The notes under the pieces are model-generated. The model was not told the DNA's origin, searched no databases, and saw nothing but the letters and a program-made list of their open reading frames with translations. Both the position numbers and the translations under genes were made by a program. A stretch of DNA of 63,932 bases, counting the filler, from Octopus bimaculoides (Eukaryota): NCBI RefSeq assembly GCF_001194135.2. It is 7 parts of 6 records of this genome, joined end to end, with 100 filler letters (N's around TTAATTAATTAA, not from the genome) between each part and the next. Parts side by side here need not be neighbours in the genome. Positions count along the whole stretch, not along the records: positions 61,436 to 63,932 come from NW_026350618.1; 6 more parts are not named here. One strand, written 5' to 3'. Shown here piece by piece: positions 63,720-63,932 of the stretch. How positions within the stretch are numbered: the first letter of the stretch is position 1; each line of letters starts with the position of its first letter.

Positions 63720-63850
63720 GTGCATACGCGCATTCGCGATAGATAGTCGTTGTAGGATCGACTACTCACGACAAGCTAGCGCGGACGCGCGACTGCGCGT
63801 TGGGGACCACTCTGCTTTAGTAGTACCTAGTACCTATACACATATACACG
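63720..63850 (-). promoter_or_regulatory. CpG-rich patch with candidate non-coding first exon/promoter of the TPMT-like gene
   Basis: CpG density is locally high (gcgcggacgcgcgactgcgcg). A minus-strand GTGAGT donor sits at 63769-63764, about 1.8 kb upstream of the acceptor at 61956. Vertebrate TPMT also has a non-coding first exon. The link to TPMT is inference. Confidence 0.35.
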
Positions 63851-63932
63851 GAAAAAACGGACAGTATCGGAAACATAAACATGACACAGGTGTTAATATA
63901 TACGCAAGAGGCCTTTCGATAATACGACAGAA

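Overview
This is an AT-rich eukaryotic genomic window saturated with microsatellites and broken by many N gaps. The SINE families and repeat landscape point to an octopus (coleoid cephalopod) draft assembly; the species is inferred and cannot be fixed from sequence alone. Almost every long ORF in the supplied track is an artefact of N runs or simple repeats. I can support one host protein-coding exon: the first coding exon of a thiopurine S-methyltransferase (TPMT)-like gene on the minus strand (61836-61948). Its intron position and phase match my recollection of vertebrate TPMT, and it has a candidate non-coding first exon near 63770. I could not find its downstream exons. The rest is mostly mobile DNA: dozens of tRNA-derived SINEs of about four families, decayed R4/Dong, Tx1, RTE and Penelope retrotransposon fragments, mariner and Tigger/pogo fragments, MITEs/foldbacks and minisatellites. 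The most interesting signals are (i) a type I hammerhead ribozyme fold with an intact catalytic core at 1549-1637, plus a three-copy repeat family carrying a hammerhead-like fold with a non-canonical core (Penelope/retrozyme-like); (ii) a chain of 5'-truncated R4/Dong copies bracketed by (ACAT)n arrays, suggesting microsatellite-targeted insertion; and (iii) a few unexplained promoter-like and exon-like unique segments. Repeat boundaries are approximate (read by eye). No rRNA, true tRNA gene or CRISPR array was seen.
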